A stretch of 64,000 nucleotides of DNA from Candidatus Spongiisociaceae bacterium (GCA_965219685.1 CBDCOH010000002.1:1056001-1120000), one strand, 5' to 3'. Shown: positions 41,492 through 51,923, numbered from the stretch's first letter. The notes: a model not told the origin generated them from the sequence alone. Program-made: numbers and translations.

Positions 41492-42052
41492 ATGGACCTG
41501 GAACGGTATGTCGCCGAACGATCGAGCGTGAACGGTGACATCGTCAACGTCGACACGTTCGTAAACCACCGGGTCGATGCCCGGGTGATGGCGGAGATCG
41601 CCGAGCGGATCGTCGCGATAGCCGATCCGCTCCGGCCCGACGTGATCGTCACCGCCGAGGCGAGCGGGATTCCGCCCGCCCTGCTGACCGCGGCAGAGTT
41701 GGGATTGCCCATGATCTATGCCAAGAAATACGTCCTCCCCGGGCCGAGGGAGGCGGTGAGCAGGGAGGTCGGGTCCGCTACCAAGGGTTTCGAGTACACG
41801 ATCGAGATCCGGCGCCGGGTGATGGAGCCCGGTCTCCGGGTCTTGGTCGTCGACGACTTCCTGGCTCAGGGAAGGACCGCGCTGGCCCTGGGCGAGATCG
41901 TCGAGGAGCTCGGATGCCGGATGCTGGGAGCGGTGTTCGCGATCGAGAAGTCCTGGGTGAGGGGACGACGGTTGCTGGAGGACCGCGGCTGGCCGGTCTG
42001 GTCGGTGATCGAGATCATGTCCGTGGACGGGGGCGTGATCCGGTTTGCCTGA
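41492..42052 (+). CDS. xpt: Xanthine phosphoribosyltransferase
   Basis: VDTFVNHRVD, TAEASGI, VVDDFLAQG, IEKS. Confidence 0.88.
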   Translation: MDLERYVAERSSVNGDIVNVDTFVNHRVDARVMAEIAERIVAIADPLRPDVIVTAEASGIPPALLTAAELGLPMIYAKKYVLPGPREAVSREVGSATKGFEYTIEIRRRVMEPGLRVLVVDDFLAQGRTALALGEIVEELGCRMLGAVFAIEKSWVRGRRLLEDRGWPVWSVIEIMSVDGGVIRFA

Positions 42053-42515
42053 AGGGGCGATATCGCTGGCCCGGATCGTCGACCTGCTCCGGGCACATAC
42101 AGGCAACGGTTGCTTCGCCTGCGGCCTTGCCAATCCGATCGGGCTCCATGTCGACGGATTCGTGGAACAGGGCGGGGACATCATGGCGCGTTTCACGGCA
42201 CGTACCGACCTTCAGGGAGTGATAGGGGTTCTCCACGGTGGGATCGCCGCCACGGCTCTGGACGAGATACTGGTCTGGGCGGGGATCATCCAGGAGAAGG
42301 TACTGACAGTCACGGCCAAACTTGATCTGCGCTACCGGCGTCCCGTGAGGAATCTGGACGGACCCATCGAGTTGCGGGCGCGGGTCGACGAGCGCCGCGG
42401 CAGGCGGTTGCGTATGAGCGGAGAGTTGGACGCGGGCGACGGGAGGGTGGCCGTGTCCGCCTCGGGGCTCTACCTGGTGAGCCACAACGTGGCAGACCTG
42501 ATGGAGTCCGCCTGA
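42045..42515 (+). CDS. PaaI-family thioesterase
   Basis: CFACGLANPIGL, HGGIAATALDE, TAKLDLRYRRPV. Confidence 0.88.
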   Translation: MPEGAISLARIVDLLRAHTGNGCFACGLANPIGLHVDGFVEQGGDIMARFTARTDLQGVIGVLHGGIAATALDEILVWAGIIQEKVLTVTAKLDLRYRRPVRNLDGPIELRARVDERRGRRLRMSGELDAGDGRVAVSASGLYLVSHNVADLMESA

Positions 42516-42567
42516 GGGTCGTGCAGCGGGGAGGGGGCGGAGTGGCGGTGGGTTCCGGCCTCGGGTG

Positions 42568-42888
42568 CTACCGGAGTCCTTCCCCGCCTTCCCGGGAGTC
42601 TCCGTAGTAGGCGAACACATCCGCCCACCGCCGGCGTCGCTCGATGCGGTCGACGAGCCGGGACACCAGCCGGATGCATAGGGTGACCACCAGCAGGCCG
42701 AGGAAGATCCGGCCCGCCAGGGTAGGACCGGTCATGTATGCCGCGTCACACTCGTTGAGACCCCCCTCGCAAAGGCCGTATCCGGTGCCTCCGGTCAGGA
42801 GGTCGACCAGTATGGCCGGGGGGATAACGGCCAGGATAAGGGCGCCGAGGATCAGGAACCCGCGCAGGGCCTTGAGGAAACCGACCAC
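42568..42888 (-). CDS. Small membrane protein with two TM helices and a Cys pair
   Basis: Two hydrophobic stretches flanking GLCEGGLNEC. Confidence 0.6.
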   Translation of the reverse strand: MVGFLKALRGFLILGALILAVIPPAILVDLLTGGTGYGLCEGGLNECDAAYMTGPTLAGRIFLGLLVVTLCIRLVSRLVDRIERRRRWADVFAYYGDSREGGEGLR

Positions 42889-43101
42889 GTCACCAGTCTA
42901 GAAGGGTGTCGAAAGCGAAACTCGCAGGGGGTCGACGGGTTGGTGGGCGACATGGCCCGAGGTTGTGGGATCGTACACGCACCTTTCTACAGGATCTCAA
43001 GCCTCGTCCGGGCGTCGCGAGCCGGGAAACACACCGCAGAGCGAGTGTCCATATCCGGGGCCGGTGGTGCTCTTGCGCTACCAGCCGCCAGACACCGCGA
43101 C

Positions 43102-43983
43102 TCAGCCCTCCTCGTCCTGGGCTGCGAAGATCGAGTCGTACCCGCCCGACCAGTCCGGAGGGATAAGGCACGGCCGGGGGTCATGATGAGCCCACCGGGC
43201 CGGCTGTCCCCTAATGACCTTGCCGGTGTTGGCGGTCGGCTGAGGATGGGCGGTGTAGGGGAAGGCATCGGCCGAGGCGTAGGCGTTGAGCAGGAGCGGC
43301 CTGCCGCTCGGCCGGCTGGTAGGGGGCGAGCCGTGGACGGTGCGGCAGTTGTGGACCGTTATCGAACCGGCCGGGCCCGTCAGGTAGTCGACGCTGCCGG
43401 CGTCCACGGTGGAGGCGTCCTCCGCCGACAGGCACCCCACCCAGCCCCCGTCCTCGTCGTACTGGTCGAACAGGGGGCCGTTGTGGCTGCCGGGGACCAC
43501 CATGAGAGGTCCGTCGTCCATGCCGGTGTCGGCCAGGTAGGTTCCAATCGTGAGCGGGCTGTAGTTGGTGTGGGGGTAGAACTGGATGTCCTGATGCCAC
43601 TTGACATCGTCGGAGCCGGCGTCCCACTTGAAGTTCAGCTTGGAGTGGTGGAAGACCACGTCCGGTCCCACGAGGTCGGCGGCCACATCCGCGATGAGGC
43701 CCGTGGCGAACCCCCAGTACTCCTCGTGGAGCCGGTCCGGCATCTTGAGCCGCCTGATCTTGGGAGAGTCGGCGCTGTGATCGTCGGCAACGTCGTAGTC
43801 CTCACCGGACCCCGTGATCGAACGGCTCTGCTCCACGAAGTCGTTGGTGACCTCGTTGAGCCGTTTGATCGTTGCGTCCGGGACCAGCGACTCGACGGTG
43901 ACGTACCCGCGCTCGAAGTACGACTCCCTTTGGTCCTGGGTCAGCGCTCTCGGAGGCTCGGCAAGAATCTGTTCCGGTGTCAT
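43102..43983 (-). CDS. Phytanoyl-CoA dioxygenase (PhyH) family protein
   Basis: WHQD, GPLMVVPGSH, HNCRTVHGS. Confidence 0.92.
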   Translation of the reverse strand: MTPEQILAEPPRALTQDQRESYFERGYVTVESLVPDATIKRLNEVTNDFVEQSRSITGSGEDYDVADDHSADSPKIRRLKMPDRLHEEYWGFATGLIADVAADLVGPDVVFHHSKLNFKWDAGSDDVKWHQDIQFYPHTNYSPLTIGTYLADTGMDDGPLMVVPGSHNGPLFDQYDEDGGWVGCLSAEDASTVDAGSVDYLTGPAGSITVHNCRTVHGSPPTSRPSGRPLLLNAYASADAFPYTAHPQPTANTGKVIRGQPARWAHHDPRPCLIPPDWSGGYDSIFAAQDEEG

Positions 43984-44015
43984 GACGGCAGGTCCCTAGA
44001 TCGCGTGGTTCGTGC

Positions 44016-44813
44016 TCATACGGCTACCGGGGCTCGGATCGCCGGATAGGGGTCGTAGCCGCGCACCCGGAAGTCATCGTAGGAGAACGAGTATAGGTCT
44101 CTGGGCTCAACCGGCAGGTCCACGCGAGGCAGCGGACGCGGCCTCCTGGCCAGCTGTCGGGTGGCCTGCTCGAGATGGTTCGTGTAGAGGTGCACATCCC
44201 CGAACGTGTGGATGAACTCGCCTGGCCGCAGACCGGTGACCCCGGCCACCATCATCAGCAGAAGCGCGTAGGAGGCGATGTTGAAGGGAACGCCGAGGAA
44301 GATGTCGGCGCTGCGTTGGTAGAGCTGCAGGCTGAGACGGCCGTCCGACACGTAGAACTGGAACAGCACGTGGCAGGGGGGAAGGGCCATGCGGGGAAGG
44401 TCTGACACGTTCCAGGCGGAGACGAGCAGCCGGCGACAGCCGGGGTCGGTCCTGATCCTCTGCACGACGTCGGTCAGTTGGTCGATGGTCTCGCCGTCAG
44501 CGCCGGTCCACGAGCGCCACTGGACTCCATAGATCGGTCCGAGATCCCCGGAGAAGGGATCGGCCCACTCGTTCCAGATCGTCACCCCGTGATCGTTCAG
44601 ATAGGCGACGTTGGAGTCCCCGTTGAGGAACCAGAGCAACTCGTGTATGACCGAGCGGACGTGCACCTTCTTGGTGGTGAGCAGGGGGAACCCGTCGTCG
44701 AGGTCGAAACGGAGTTGCCTTCCGAAAAGGCTGTACGTGCCGACGCCCGTGCGGTCCTCCTTCCTGATCCCGTTGTCCCTGACCTCTCTGAGCAAGTCCA
44801 GGTACTGCTGCAT
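44016..44813 (-). CDS. thyA: Thymidylate synthase
   Basis: [40 protein letters not shown]. Confidence 0.98.
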   Translation of the reverse strand: MQQYLDLLREVRDNGIRKEDRTGVGTYSLFGRQLRFDLDDGFPLLTTKKVHVRSVIHELLWFLNGDSNVAYLNDHGVTIWNEWADPFSGDLGPIYGVQWRSWTGADGETIDQLTDVVQRIRTDPGCRRLLVSAWNVSDLPRMALPPCHVLFQFYVSDGRLSLQLYQRSADIFLGVPFNIASYALLLMMVAGVTGLRPGEFIHTFGDVHLYTNHLEQATRQLARRPRPLPRVDLPVEPRDLYSFSYDDFRVRGYDPYPAIRAPVAV

Positions 44814-44917
44814 CGTGCCTCCGAATCACAACCTTGTAATAAAGATAGCCGATCAAGCTAGCGCCTCGACCACGCACGTCGGTGGCGATGGCCTCCATGC
44901 CTTCGCCTGGAGGTCGT

Positions 44918-45658
44918 TCAGAACGCGCTCGACTCTCTCCACTGTTCGAGCACCGCCGGATCACCTTCGACCTGAAGGTTCCCGAGAGGGGTCCGGCTCC
45001 AGAGATACGGGTACAGGTCGGATGCCGTACCGGATACCGTGCAGTCTGCCTTGCCAGGTTCCCGACGACCATGGGCAGTCTCCGGTCCGAACACGGCGGT
45101 CCAGCCTCGATCCACGTCCGTGGCGAACACGCCCAGGGTCATCTCGGTGGACGCGCTCGGGCTCCGGCCCGGGCGGCCGATGAACCATACGAGCAACTCG
45201 TCGATCCCGTCGGCCGCGAGTTCAGGGTCGAAGCCGGTCACGGCGCCGTCCGCAAGTTCCGCGTCGACCCTGTGGATGGAGGTCTCGTGCGTTTGGCGCC
45301 GGGCCCAGAAGTCCCGCGGCGAAGGCGCGTCCATGATGGTCCAGCACCGCAGGTCGGGAGGAGCGCTCGCCAGGGCCGCGACCACGCGCTCGTGTCCTTC
45401 GCGGAACCAGCCGGCAAGACCGGTGTCGGAGGGCCATCCCCCGGGAATGACCTCCTGGCGACTGCTGGGCGGTTCCGTCCGGCCATCCGAGATCATGAGC
45501 CCCGCCCAGCGATGGACCCAGCCGGTGTGTCGCACCAGGTCGCGGACCAGCCAGTCCGGGCAACTGGGCACCGGTACGTCGGGACCGACCCGGCCGACGA
45601 CCTCCGCCATCCGCGCCCCCTCCCTGCGGAGGGCATCCATCCAGGTCCCGAAATCCAT
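44918..45658 (-). CDS. Mycothiol-dependent maleylpyruvate isomerase family (MDMPI)
   Basis: VPSCPDWLVRDLVRH, FWARRQTHETSIHRVDAE, DGIDE. Confidence 0.9.
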   Translation of the reverse strand: MDFGTWMDALRREGARMAEVVGRVGPDVPVPSCPDWLVRDLVRHTGWVHRWAGLMISDGRTEPPSSRQEVIPGGWPSDTGLAGWFREGHERVVAALASAPPDLRCWTIMDAPSPRDFWARRQTHETSIHRVDAELADGAVTGFDPELAADGIDELLVWFIGRPGRSPSASTEMTLGVFATDVDRGWTAVFGPETAHGRREPGKADCTVSGTASDLYPYLWSRTPLGNLQVEGDPAVLEQWRESSAF

Positions 45659-45663
45659 ACCCG

Positions 45664-45879
45664 CTAGCCGCCCGCCAGCGGGATGCGTAACACCAGATGG
45701 TCGTCCTCCACCGACCAGGCCGCGCTACCGACCAGCATGTAGTCGGTGTGGTCCCGTTCGGCCTGCTCAATGAAGGCCCGGCGTCCCTCCCCCGCAACGG
45801 GCGGCAGGCCGCGCTGGCGGACCGCCTCGGCCCGTGAACGGAACCGCTCGAGCATCGCGTCGACATCGAACTGAGCCAA
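45664..45879 (-). CDS. Small hypothetical protein
   Basis: Compact ORF with a GGAGGGA-like RBS, 5 nt upstream of the MDMPI start. Confidence 0.7.
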   Translation of the reverse strand: MAQFDVDAMLERFRSRAEAVRQRGLPPVAGEGRRAFIEQAERDHTDYMLVGSAAWSVEDDHLVLRIPLAGG

Positions 45880-45971
45880 GTTGTTCCCTCCTACGAATCG
45901 GTGTCAACAGTAGCCGGTGGTCGGTGGGATACGAGGAGGACCGGGATGGCTCCGACCCGGCTGCTCAGGTT

Positions 45972-47087
45972 TCAGGGAACGGGTGTGACCACGACGGGTC
46001 CGAAGGGATCGGGAATACGGGGAGGCTTCCGTTCGGCAAGCGAACGCAGCCCATCGGTGGCTATGTAGTAACGGCCCCTGCGTTCTCCGACGGCCTCCAG
46101 GAAGCCGAGATCCACGAGTCTCCTTAGGTCCGACGTGGCCACCCGTTCGCTGACATCGGCATAGTCCACGTGATCGGCTCGCCGTAGCCGGAATCCCATC
46201 GCCGCGTTGTAGAGGGAGCCCATGTTTCGTTCGTCTAGACGCGCCCGGGAACGCGACTCGGATATCCGGTCCCACACCCGGTCGGCCTCCTCCACCCTCC
46301 AAGCCATCAGGTGGGCTCGGTAGTGATGCGCGGTGAGGACGAAACGGATCCAGGGTCGCGTATCCCGTACCGGGTTCCGGTTATTACCTCCGACATCAGC
46401 CAGGACCTGGTAGTAGGTGGGAGTGTTGTGTCCCAGATACTCCTCGATGCTTGAGAAGCGCGGATCCAGGGCACCTTCGCGTCCAAGGACGAGGGTCTGG
46501 AGAGCACGCGACATCCGGCCGTTCCCGTCCTTGAAGGGGTGGATCATGATCAGGTTGAGATGCGCCATCGCAGCCCTTATCAGCAGTTCACCCGGGTTGG
46601 TTTCATCGTTCAAGTGGTCCATCAACTCGTCGGCCAGAACGGGCACAACCTCAGGGTCGGGCCCCTGGTACTCGCCGACGAAGATGTCCCCACGCCGGTA
46701 CCGGCCGGGTTCACACTCCGGATCGTGCTTCATCATCAGGTAGTGGATGCTCCGGACAAGCGAGGTGTTGTAGGAGAAGTGAGGATCGCCGGCGAGCTGG
46801 ATGATGAACGTCATCGCTTCTTGATAGCCACTCACGGCCTCCCAGTCGGTCCGGGTTGCCTCGAACGGGTCGGATTGATCCACCGCGGCTTTGGCATCGT
46901 CCCGGCTCACGTGGTGTCCTTCGATGCCGGTGGAGGCGCGGATGTTCCCGGCCGCGACCAACCTACGGAGCAGGCCGTGCCAACGGCGCGGTTCGTGCAG
47001 CAGGTACTGGAGACGGCGCCGGACTTCCTCGATCGAGTCGATCACCTCGCATTCCCGCTCGTCGAGCATGGGCGCTTGGAACAACAC
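45972..47087 (-). CDS. Fic-family protein with C-terminal HTH
   Basis: HPFKDGNGRMSR Fic motif, ASTGIEG inhibitory-type helix, ATSDLRRLVDLG HTH; start likely GTG 47087. Confidence 0.92.
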   Translation of the reverse strand: MLFQAPMLDERECEVIDSIEEVRRRLQYLLHEPRRWHGLLRRLVAAGNIRASTGIEGHHVSRDDAKAAVDQSDPFEATRTDWEAVSGYQEAMTFIIQLAGDPHFSYNTSLVRSIHYLMMKHDPECEPGRYRRGDIFVGEYQGPDPEVVPVLADELMDHLNDETNPGELLIRAAMAHLNLIMIHPFKDGNGRMSRALQTLVLGREGALDPRFSSIEEYLGHNTPTYYQVLADVGGNNRNPVRDTRPWIRFVLTAHHYRAHLMAWRVEEADRVWDRISESRSRARLDERNMGSLYNAAMGFRLRRADHVDYADVSERVATSDLRRLVDLGFLEAVGERRGRYYIATDGLRSLAERKPPRIPDPFGPVVVTPVP

Positions 47088-47115
47088 TTCCGTAATTCCT
47101 TGATAAAGAGAAGTT

Positions 47116-47134
47116 CTTCCTATAATAAAGGAAG
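47116..47134. promoter_or_regulatory. Near-palindrome CTTCCT-ATAATAA-AGGAAG upstream of fic
   Basis: Seen directly in the AT-rich leader; putative autoregulatory operator. Confidence 0.45.
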
Positions 47135-47217
47135 GTATCGACGAGGCCAAGCCCGCCCAGGGTTCAGAATCCCGAGTCGGTTGCCTGCTCCTCCCGGTGG
47201 CCGGGAGGGAGATTCAT

Positions 47218-48348
47218 CTACTTGGGTTCCTCAGCTTCCCCGGCGGTCGGCGTGGAATCCTCGGGCTGCCGCTGGCCGATGCCCTCGTCGTATACGTCGT
47301 ACCGCTGGAGGTATGTGGACACGAAGGCCTGGATAATGGCGGCTGCGGGCAGAGCCACCAGCGCTCCAAGGGCTCCGAGCAGGGCGGCGCCGACCAGCAC
47401 GGATCCGAATGCCACCGCGGCGTGCAAGGACATCGTGCGGGCGGTAATCCGGGGGGCGAGCACTATGTTCTCTATCTGCTGGTACACAACCAGCACCGCT
47501 ACAACTACGAGAGCGGTCACCGGGCTCACCGTGAGCGCGACCACCACGGGAACCACCGCGGCAAGGTAGGTTCCTACGGCCGGGATGAACTGGGACACCA
47601 CCCCGACCCAGATGGCCAGGGCAAGCGCGAAAGGGACACCGATTATGAGCAGAGCGATGTAGGTGAAGGCCGCTGAGACGAGTGCGAGGAGAGCTCGCGA
47701 GTAGACGTACCCGCCGGTCTTCTGGATGGCGATTTCCCAGATACGGACGACTTCCGCCTGGCGCTCAGGACGGAAGAGCGACAGGATCAGGCGACGGAAC
47801 CGGGGTCCCTCCGCCAGCATGTAGAACGTGAACAGGGTGATCGTGAACAGCTGCACCACCAATCCGAGCACCTTGCTGCCGATCCCCAGGATTCCGCTGG
47901 CAAGAGAGGCAGCGTAGGTTTGGAGAGCACCCTGCAGGTCGATCATGTCAGCCGAGAGGTTCGAGAGGTTCAGGTCGATGTTGAAACGATCGGAGAGGAA
48001 GCTGCTCACGCTCCCGAGCCACTCAGGCACGTTGGATGCCAGCGACGCCATCTCGATGACGAGTGGTGGCAGGGTGACGGCGACGAACAGGAGGACGAGT
48101 ACTACCGACAAGGAGAAGACCAGCCCGGTCGCCAGGCCCCTCTTCCAGCCGCGCCTGGCCAGGAAGTTGACCGCGGGTTCGAGGGCGAACGAGATGAAGA
48201 ACGAGAGCAGCAGGCTCAGGAGCAGGCTTCGGAGCCGTCCTAGAGACCAGACGAGGGCCATGGTGCCGAGCACTGTGATGACCAGCAGGCCGAGCAAGCG
48301 GGGGATCCAGGGCGGCATTCCGTCGGGGCGACGGGCGGTGTCCTCCAT
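47218..48348 (-). CDS. AI-2E family transporter
   Basis: LEPAVNFL, FIPAVG, YQQIEN..PRI, GALVALPAAA. Confidence 0.92.
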   Translation of the reverse strand: MEDTARRPDGMPPWIPRLLGLLVITVLGTMALVWSLGRLRSLLLSLLLSFFISFALEPAVNFLARRGWKRGLATGLVFSLSVVLVLLFVAVTLPPLVIEMASLASNVPEWLGSVSSFLSDRFNIDLNLSNLSADMIDLQGALQTYAASLASGILGIGSKVLGLVVQLFTITLFTFYMLAEGPRFRRLILSLFRPERQAEVVRIWEIAIQKTGGYVYSRALLALVSAAFTYIALLIIGVPFALALAIWVGVVSQFIPAVGTYLAAVVPVVVALTVSPVTALVVVAVLVVYQQIENIVLAPRITARTMSLHAAVAFGSVLVGAALLGALGALVALPAAAIIQAFVSTYLQRYDVYDEGIGQRQPEDSTPTAGEAEEPK

Positions 48349-48461
48349 TCCGGCGAGCCTAGTAGGGCCCAATGAGTTCGTGCGGTTGCTCGGGGCGCCG
48401 GCTCGGAGGGCGTCGATAGAGTAGAACCGAAACCGGCGCCGAGACTGGGAATCCCTTCACT

Positions 48462-50405
48462 ATGGAAGCACAAGGAGTTGTCTGGCGGGCAAGCGAAGAG
48501 GACGTAGCCCGCTCGCGTACTGCGGAGTTCATGGCCCTACACGGAATCGATAGCTTCGAGGAGTTGGTCTGCCGTTCCACCGACGACATCGAGTGGTTCT
48601 GGGAAGCGGCCGTCGCGTACCTCGGGATTCCTTTCCCGACTCCCTACCACACCCTCGTCGATGCCTCAGAGGGGCCTGCTTTCCCCCGCTGGTTCCTGGG
48701 CGGGCGTGTCAACGTCTCGGAGGCCTGCGTGGACCGATGGGCCGCTCAGGACCCGGATCGGGTGGCGTTGCTTGCCGAGCGGGAGGACGGTGTCCAGCGT
48801 TCCTACAGCTTCGGGGAGTTGCTCGAGATGGTGGAGCGGGCGGCCGGCGCTCTAGCCCAGGCCGGTGTCTCCAAGGGCGACACCGTGGCGGTGTACCTGT
48901 CGATGGTGCCGGAGGCGGTGGTGGCGATGCTGGCTGCCGCTCGCATAGGAGCCGTCTACGTGCCGATCTTCTCCGGTTTCGGCGCTGAGGCGGTTGCCTC
49001 CCGCATCGAGGCCTGCGCCCCGTCGGTGGTTGTCACGGCCGACGGCTACACCCGGCGCGGCAGACCCATCGCCATGAAGGAGGTAGCGGACAGGGCCCTG
49101 GAGATGGCGGGCGTGACACCGTCGGTGCTCGTTGTCTCCAACTCGGGACGAACCGACACGCCCATGACCCGGGGCCGCGACCGATGGTGGGACGAGGCAC
49201 TCGAGAGCGCCGAGCGATTGCCGGCGATGGCCACATCCAGCGAGGATCCCGTCCTGCTCGCCTACACGTCCGGCACCACCGGCAAGCCCAAGGGAGTGGT
49301 CCATGTGCAGGGCGGGCTCACTGCGAAGCTGGCGGTCGAAGGCGCGTTCCAGTTCGAGATGCAGCCCGAGGACCGGGTGATGTGGATGACCGACATGGGC
49401 TGGATCATGGGACCCTGGACGGTGATGGCCGGCATGGGCAACGGGGCCTCGGTGGTCTGCTACGACGGAGCTCCCGACTACCCGACGCCCGGTAGGCCGT
49501 GGGACCTGGTCGGATCGCTCGGCATCACCATCCTGGGTATCTCGCCCACCCTGGTGCGGGCCCTGCAACCCCACGGCTCCCATCACGCGGCCGACGCCGA
49601 CTTCTCCACGCTGCGTGCGTTCGGCTCCACCGGCGAACCGTGGAACCCGGCCCCGTGGTGGTGGCTGTTCCGCGACGTGGGCGGCGAGAGGTACCCGATC
49701 ATCAACATCTCGGGGGGGACCGAGGTCGGCGCGTGCCTGCTGTCGGTCAACATCCTCCAGGGGATCAAGCCTGTCTCGTTGGGCGGTCCCTCCCTCGGGA
49801 TGGCTGTGGACGTCTACGACCAGGAAGGCCGCCCGATCCGGGAAGAGGTGGGCGAGTTGGTATGCACCAAGACATGGCCGGCCGTCACGCGGGGTTTCTG
49901 GGGAGACGACGACCGCTACTTCGGCACCTACTGGGACCGCTGGCCCGACGTATGGGTGCACGGAGACTGGGCGACGATCGACGCCGACGGCTTCTGGTTC
50001 CTCCACGGACGGTCGGATGACACGCTCAACATCGCAGGAAAGCGGATCGGTCCGGCGGAGGTCGAGTCTGCGGTGGTGGCCCATCCCGATGTGGTCGTGG
50101 CGGCGGCGATCGGTGTTCCCGATCCGGTCAAGGGCGAGGTGATCGCGGTCTTCGTGGTGCCCGCACGCGAGGGAGACGGCGACCGGCTAGCGGCCGAACT
50201 GTCCGATATGGTCGTTAGGACTCTCGGCAAGCCGTTCCGACCCGCCGCCATCAGGTTCGTGGACGACCTACCCCGCACGCGGTCGGCCAAGATCATGCGC
50301 CGCGTGGTCCGGGCCAGGGCGCTGGGCAAGGACACGGGCGACCTAACCAGCCTTGAGAACCCGGCCGCGGTAGAAGCGATCAGCCGCCTTGACATCGGCG
50401 GTTAG
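48462..50405 (+). CDS. Acetate--CoA ligase / AMP-binding enzyme
   Basis: YTSGTTGKPKG, TGEPWN, SGGTE, HGD, GRSDD, LPRTRSAKIMRR. Confidence 0.93.
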   Translation: MEAQGVVWRASEEDVARSRTAEFMALHGIDSFEELVCRSTDDIEWFWEAAVAYLGIPFPTPYHTLVDASEGPAFPRWFLGGRVNVSEACVDRWAAQDPDRVALLAEREDGVQRSYSFGELLEMVERAAGALAQAGVSKGDTVAVYLSMVPEAVVAMLAAARIGAVYVPIFSGFGAEAVASRIEACAPSVVVTADGYTRRGRPIAMKEVADRALEMAGVTPSVLVVSNSGRTDTPMTRGRDRWWDEALESAERLPAMATSSEDPVLLAYTSGTTGKPKGVVHVQGGLTAKLAVEGAFQFEMQPEDRVMWMTDMGWIMGPWTVMAGMGNGASVVCYDGAPDYPTPGRPWDLVGSLGITILGISPTLVRALQPHGSHHAADADFSTLRAFGSTGEPWNPAPWWWLFRDVGGERYPIINISGGTEVGACLLSVNILQGIKPVSLGGPSLGMAVDVYDQEGRPIREEVGELVCTKTWPAVTRGFWGDDDRYFGTYWDRWPDVWVHGDWATIDADGFWFLHGRSDDTLNIAGKRIGPAEVESAVVAHPDVVVAAAIGVPDPVKGEVIAVFVVPAREGDGDRLAAELSDMVVRTLGKPFRPAAIRFVDDLPRTRSAKIMRRVVRARALGKDTGDLTSLENPAAVEAISRLDIGG

Positions 50406-50465
50406 CGGTCTGCCTTCGGAGAACCGCTAACTCGTTCGCATCACCGGCGGAGGAGACCGCAGTGG

Positions 50466-50557
50466 TCAGTCCTCATCTCCTTGGACCAAGAGGGCATCGA
50501 CTGCAGCCCGGCGGCTCTGCGGATATCGTAGAGGTACTTCTTGGACTCAAGCTTCAT
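50466..50557 (-). pseudogene. HEPN/DUF86 toxin remnant (internal deletion)
   Basis: MKLESKKYLYDIRRAA begins overlapping the MNT stop, then jumps to a C-terminal-like VDALLVQGDED* in another frame. Confidence 0.7.
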
Positions 50558-50855
50558 AGATGGGAGTCCTGGTCCGTTTTACTGATCGGAGGAAGTAGGG
50601 ATTCCTTACGGCAGACTCCACCACCAGATCAACGGGTCGCCCGAAGAGCCGTCCGAGAGCTTCCAGTAGGCCGAAGTAGCTGTCCGCATAGTTAGCGCGA
50701 GCCGCTGGCTGGAACTCGACCAGAAAGTCCAGATCCCTCGCGTCCGGATCGTGTCGGCCGGTCGAGCCGGACCCGAACAGGTCAAGTCGGCGGACCCCGT
50801 AATGAAGGCACAAACGCCGCAGCTCGCCGGTTCGTTTCTCAACAGCGGGGATCAT
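50547..50855 (-). CDS. Minimal nucleotidyltransferase (MNT) antitoxin
   Basis: LDLFGS..DLDFLVEF, FGRPVDLV, NPYF. Confidence 0.92.
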   Translation of the reverse strand: MIPAVEKRTGELRRLCLHYGVRRLDLFGSGSTGRHDPDARDLDFLVEFQPAARANYADSYFGLLEALGRLFGRPVDLVVESAVRNPYFLRSVKRTRTPIYEA

Positions 50856-51004
50856 CTCGTGCTCCTCCGTCCTCATCCGCTCCGCCCACCTGCCCATGCC
50901 ATCTCTGCGTTCCTTGCGTCCGGTCTACTTTCGCCATCCCACGGGCATGATACGAGACCACGTTGGAGCGGACATCTCGACGACTGGTGGCGGATCGGTG
51001 TTGC

Positions 51005-51328
51005 TCAGCGGCCCTGCCGTTCCATCACATAGCGTGTCACGCGCAGGATCTGTTCCTCGTTCAGGGTTCCCCGGAAGGACGGCATCCGGCCGATCCCGGC
51101 GGAGATCGACTGGACGAAGTAGCGCTCGGGCTTGTCGATGGAGCGGGCGTCCTCCCCCACCAGGGCGAGCCCGGTCCCGCCCTGCAGATCCTCGCCGTGA
51201 CAGCGGGCGCACACCTGCACGTAGATCTCCTGCCCGGTTGCGTCCTCGGGCACTCCCCCGCCGCCGCACGCATAGATCAGGAGCGTCATGGCGGCGACGA
51301 TCCCCACTCTCAGAACACGGACAATCAC
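51005..51328 (-). CDS. Lipoprotein c-type cytochrome
   Basis: Lipobox-like IYAC, CARCH heme motif, MPSF. Confidence 0.88.
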   Translation of the reverse strand: MIVRVLRVGIVAAMTLLIYACGGGGVPEDATGQEIYVQVCARCHGEDLQGGTGLALVGEDARSIDKPERYFVQSISAGIGRMPSFRGTLNEEQILRVTRYVMERQGR

Positions 51329-51696
51329 GACGCCCTGTTGCCCCGGATCGAGTTGAGGTAGTTGTAGATCGTGATGCGGCTGACGCCCATCAGGTCGGCG
51401 ACCTCCTCTATGGACTTGCGCAGCCGGAAGGCTCCCCGCTCGTCCAGGAGGCGGACCGCCACCTGTTTCTGCACCCGTCCCAGGTCGGTCAGCTTGCCGC
51501 CCAACTCCGTCTCCACCTGGCCGACCATGCGATCGAGGACGTTGTGGAGGGACAGGATCCTTACTCCCGCCACCACCCGTCCCTCCCACTCCAGCGGGAC
51601 CGAGTTCCCGTCCATGCTGGTCGGCTCCACTATCTCCGCGCCCAGCGCGTCGGTCAGCGGCCGGATGGCCTCGATCAGCGGGTGCTCGCCACTCAT
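51325..51696 (-). CDS. HTH_22 (YheO/DauR C-terminal-like) transcriptional regulator
   Basis: VRLLDERGAFRLRKSIEEVADLMGVSRITIYNYL. Confidence 0.85.
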   Translation of the reverse strand: MSGEHPLIEAIRPLTDALGAEIVEPTSMDGNSVPLEWEGRVVAGVRILSLHNVLDRMVGQVETELGGKLTDLGRVQKQVAVRLLDERGAFRLRKSIEEVADLMGVSRITIYNYLNSIRGNRAS

Positions 51697-51923
51697 GGTG
51701 TGACGGTCATGTTGACCGACACCCGGCTTGCGCCGGCGTCCATCGCCGCCCGGACGCAGTCGACGGCGGCGTGGAACACGATCTCGAGCGAGCCCTCTAT
51801 GGCGGTGCCGAACGGACCGATGTCCGGCCCGTAGGGCGAGAGGACGTCGATGGCTGCTTGGACATGGGGACCCGGGTTCCCCTCCTCGAACGGTTCTACG
51901 GTGAACTCGGCACGGGCCGGCAA
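51693..51923 (-). CDS. Small thiamine-binding/YkoF-like (MTH1187) protein
   Basis: AEFTVEPF..IGPFGTAIEG; TTG start with GAAGGA RBS. Confidence 0.7.
   Translation of the reverse strand: MPARAEFTVEPFEEGNPGPHVQAAIDVLSPYGPDIGPFGTAIEGSLEIVFHAAVDCVRAAMDAGASRVSVNMTVTP

Noticed and set aside
42899-42989. Possible MITE with TAGAAGGGTG...CACCTTTCTA ends
   Set aside because: A single 9/10 inverted repeat is near chance level, and there is no second copy in the window.
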